Shown one piece after another: positions 62,155 to 64,000 of a stretch of 64,000 nt of DNA (within the stretch, counting starts at the first letter, position 1; each line of letters begins with the position of its first letter). A program made the position numbers and the translations under genes. This DNA comes from Zancudomyces culisetae HAW-14-8 (taxonomy: Eukaryota > Fungi > Kickxellomycota): NCBI GenBank assembly GCA_052426225.1, contig JBNJNM010000012.1, positions 434,001 through 498,000 on the forward strand, given 5' to 3'. Below the pieces are notes generated by a model. The model was not told the DNA's origin, searched no databases, and saw only the letters and a program-made list of their open reading frames with translations.

Positions 62155-62235
62155 TCCGAGAACCCGGATTTGAACCAGGGACCTAGAGATAAAAGTTAAC
62201 TACAGTCTCCCGCTCTACCGCTGAGCTATTCTCGG
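62155..62235 (-). tRNA. tRNA-Tyr(GTA) with 9-nt intron
   Basis: Minus strand: CCGAGAA TA GCTC AGCGGTA GAGC G GGAGA CT GTA G [TTAACTTTT] A TCTCT AGGTC CCTGG TTCAAAT CCGGG TTCTCGG A. All stems pair; C1-G72 and A73 are eukaryotic Tyr identity elements; A and B boxes are present. Confidence 0.95.
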
Positions 62236-62242
62236 TTATGAT

Positions 62243-62661
62243 TGTTAACTTTCGACCCTTTTCTGCTAGTAGTCGTAGTTATTCGTATTTAGTTGGTTTA
62301 AAATTTAATAGAAAAGTTAATTATCTACTTGTTTTGTTCGAAACTCTAACTAACTATTAAGACTTGCTTATTATTTTGGTTATTATTCTTTATTTTTTAT
62401 TGCTAAAAAGTTGTTATCCTAAAAGTTATTCTTCCAAACTATAAATAAAATTTATATATAAACTATTTTTTTTCCATCTATTTTGTTATCTCAATTTTTT
62501 TGTGTTATCAATTTTTGTTTTGTAATTTCTTGGCTCATTAAAAAAACCCAAATTGTTAGGGAAAAAAGAGTCCAATTTTTCCACTAATTTTAATATAGTA
62601 ATTTATCAGAATTGACTTTGTCAATTCGTATTTTTTATAATATATAATTAATTATGCAACA
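62243..62661 (-). repeat. Putative 3' LTR (~419 bp), TGTT...AACA termini
   Basis: Starts TGTTGCATAA at 62661 (minus), 3 nt after the PPT at 62674-62665. Candidate end ..GTTAACA at 62243. Internal TATATATAAA (~62460-62451) and AATAAA (~62394-62389). The distal boundary is inferred, since other TGTT sites exist. Confidence 0.6.
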
Positions 62662-64000
62662 GAACCCCCATCCCAAATTGGACGTACAGGGTTTTTAAAA
62701 CGCTGCAACTTCGATCTAAGCTGTGTAGTAACTTCAGGAACCATTCGATTACTATGGAAAAAACTTTTCAGTGAATCGCCATTCACAATGTCACGATTTC
62801 CATCCGAATCTGCGATCAGGTAAGCACCTAAATTTAGTTTTTTCAACACTCGGTATGGACCTTCCCATACCTCCTGAAACTTGTCGGTAACGTGTTCAAT
62901 CAGTTTTAAGACCATTTCGTCAACTTTGAAATTTACTAATCTTACTCTTCGGTCATATATTAACTTCATATTTTGCTTTGCTTTGACACTTTTTTGATAG
63001 CCTATGCTTCGTAGTTCGGGTATACTGGTGTTTATGGCTGCAATTCTTTCCTGGATGGCGAGATCTAAATCGCTGATTTCGGCCGGCGGAGACCATAACG
63101 CAGGCGTACTTAACTTTACTCCGTATAGTAGTTCGGCCGGGCTCATGCCTGTGCTTCTGTTTCTCATTGTCCTGATAACCAGTAGCGACTTCCATAAGTA
63201 AGAGTCCCAATTGTTTTTGTCTGCTTTGCATTGTCTTGCTAACGTATTTTTTAGGGTTTGGTTCAGGCGCTCGACCTGACCATTTGACTGCGGGCGATAC
63301 GGTGTGGATGGTGTATGTTTAATTCCGAGGTACTTATAAACTGTGTCTGCTGCTTCGCTGATAAAACCCGAGCCTCTATCAGTGATTATTTGATCGGGGG
63401 TACCGTAGTACTGAACTATGTGAGTTATTATAAAGTTAATTATAGTATCCGATTTTATATTTTCTACGGCCTCAGCTACAGGCCAGCGCGTAAAATAGTC
63501 AATGCCCGTGAGAATGTAACGGTTTCCTTGAGCAGATACTGGACTAATAGGGCCAACTGCATCTAGTCCAAAGATGCCAAAAGGTTTGTGGACGTATATC
63601 GGCTGAAGCTCGTTGTTCCTATTGCGATTTCCAATATATCTCTGACATACTAGACATTCTTTTACTACTTTTTTAACAGTTTTAAATAAATCGTTTCCTG
63701 TATACTTCTCTGCGATTCTCCTCCACGTATTCTCGATTCCTTGATGAGACTCGTCATGAATCTCTTTAACCTTTTCAGTTATGTTATTTCTTAATAAAAC
63801 TTCCTTCCAAACTTCCTTACATAATTTGAATAATTTGTTGTTGATAAGCTTGAATTTTTTAGATAAATAATTAATCTTTTTCTTTGACACTTCGTCGCTT
63901 TGCTCTGGGTACCTATTATTTAGTAAATATTCTAAAATAGTTTCGTTAGATATTTTTGTTACAGAAAATACATCTATAACTTCCTCAACCGATGTAGTAG
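62652..64000 (-). CDS. Retrotransposon Pol, integrase domain (5'-truncated by window edge)
   Basis: HHCC finger (IHDESHQG..KECLVCQ), DDE core (GLDAVGP / TDRGSGF / NGQVERLNQTLK), GPY/F motif (WEGPYRV), no chromodomain. The frame is open without stops up to base 64000. Confidence 0.93.
   Translation of the reverse strand, partial: TTSVEEVIDVFSVTKISNETILEYLLNNRYPEQSDEVSKKKINYLSKKFKLINNKLFKLCKEVWKEVLLRNNITEKVKEIHDESHQGIENTWRRIAEKYTGNDLFKTVKKVVKECLVCQRYIGNRNRNNELQPIYVHKPFGIFGLDAVGPISPVSAQGNRYILTGIDYFTRWPVAEAVENIKSDTIINFIITHIVQYYGTPDQIITDRGSGFISEAADTVYKYLGIKHTPSTPYRPQSNGQVERLNQTLKNTLARQCKADKNNWDSYLWKSLLVIRTMRNRSTGMSPAELLYGVKLSTPALWSPPAEISDLDLAIQERIAAINTSIPELRSIGYQKSVKAKQNMKLIYDRRVRLVNFKVDEMVLKLIEHVTDKFQEVWEGPYRVLKKLNLGAYLIADSDGNRDIVNGDSLKSFFHSNRMVPEVTTQLRSKLQRFKNPVRPIWDGGSVA

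Larger units (their letters stand above)
62243..64000 (-). mobile_element. Ty3/Gypsy LTR retrotransposon, 3' portion (integrase, PPT, 3' LTR); continues beyond window
   Basis: Integrase ORF followed by polypurine tract GGGATGGGGG and a TG-starting LTR. Confidence 0.9.

Noticed and set aside
1-64000. CRISPR arrays, rRNA, prokaryotic operons or defence systems
   Set aside because: The sequence is eukaryotic with spliceosomal introns; no repeat-spacer arrays or rRNA-like segments were seen.

Overview
Eukaryotic, AT-rich, intron-containing DNA from a fungus. Gene content and the fungal-type lumazine synthase signatures suggest this; an early-diverging lineage is only an inference. About 18 protein-coding genes are present, mostly housekeeping: Sds3-like, Ran1/Pat1-like kinase, mitochondrial IleRS, PLPBP, PHS1, MRPL16, CWC22, PAQR/IZH, MCMBP, AUH, ARP5 and PMC1, plus several orphans. 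The right end is an AT-rich gene-poor island holding three things. (1) An intronless gene encoding two fused lumazine synthase domains whose active-site halves are reciprocally degenerate: domain 2 keeps the W / GSYE / GGTKH face and domain 1 keeps the R / NHG..W face. This predicts one composite active site per chain and cannot give the canonical homopentamer; it is the top finding. (2) An intron-containing tRNA-Tyr(GTA). (3) The 3' end of a Ty3/Gypsy retrotransposon whose probable LTR ends only 7 bp upstream of that tRNA, suggesting Pol III-targeted integration. All exon structures were derived by hand and family assignments by motif recognition; no searches were run.
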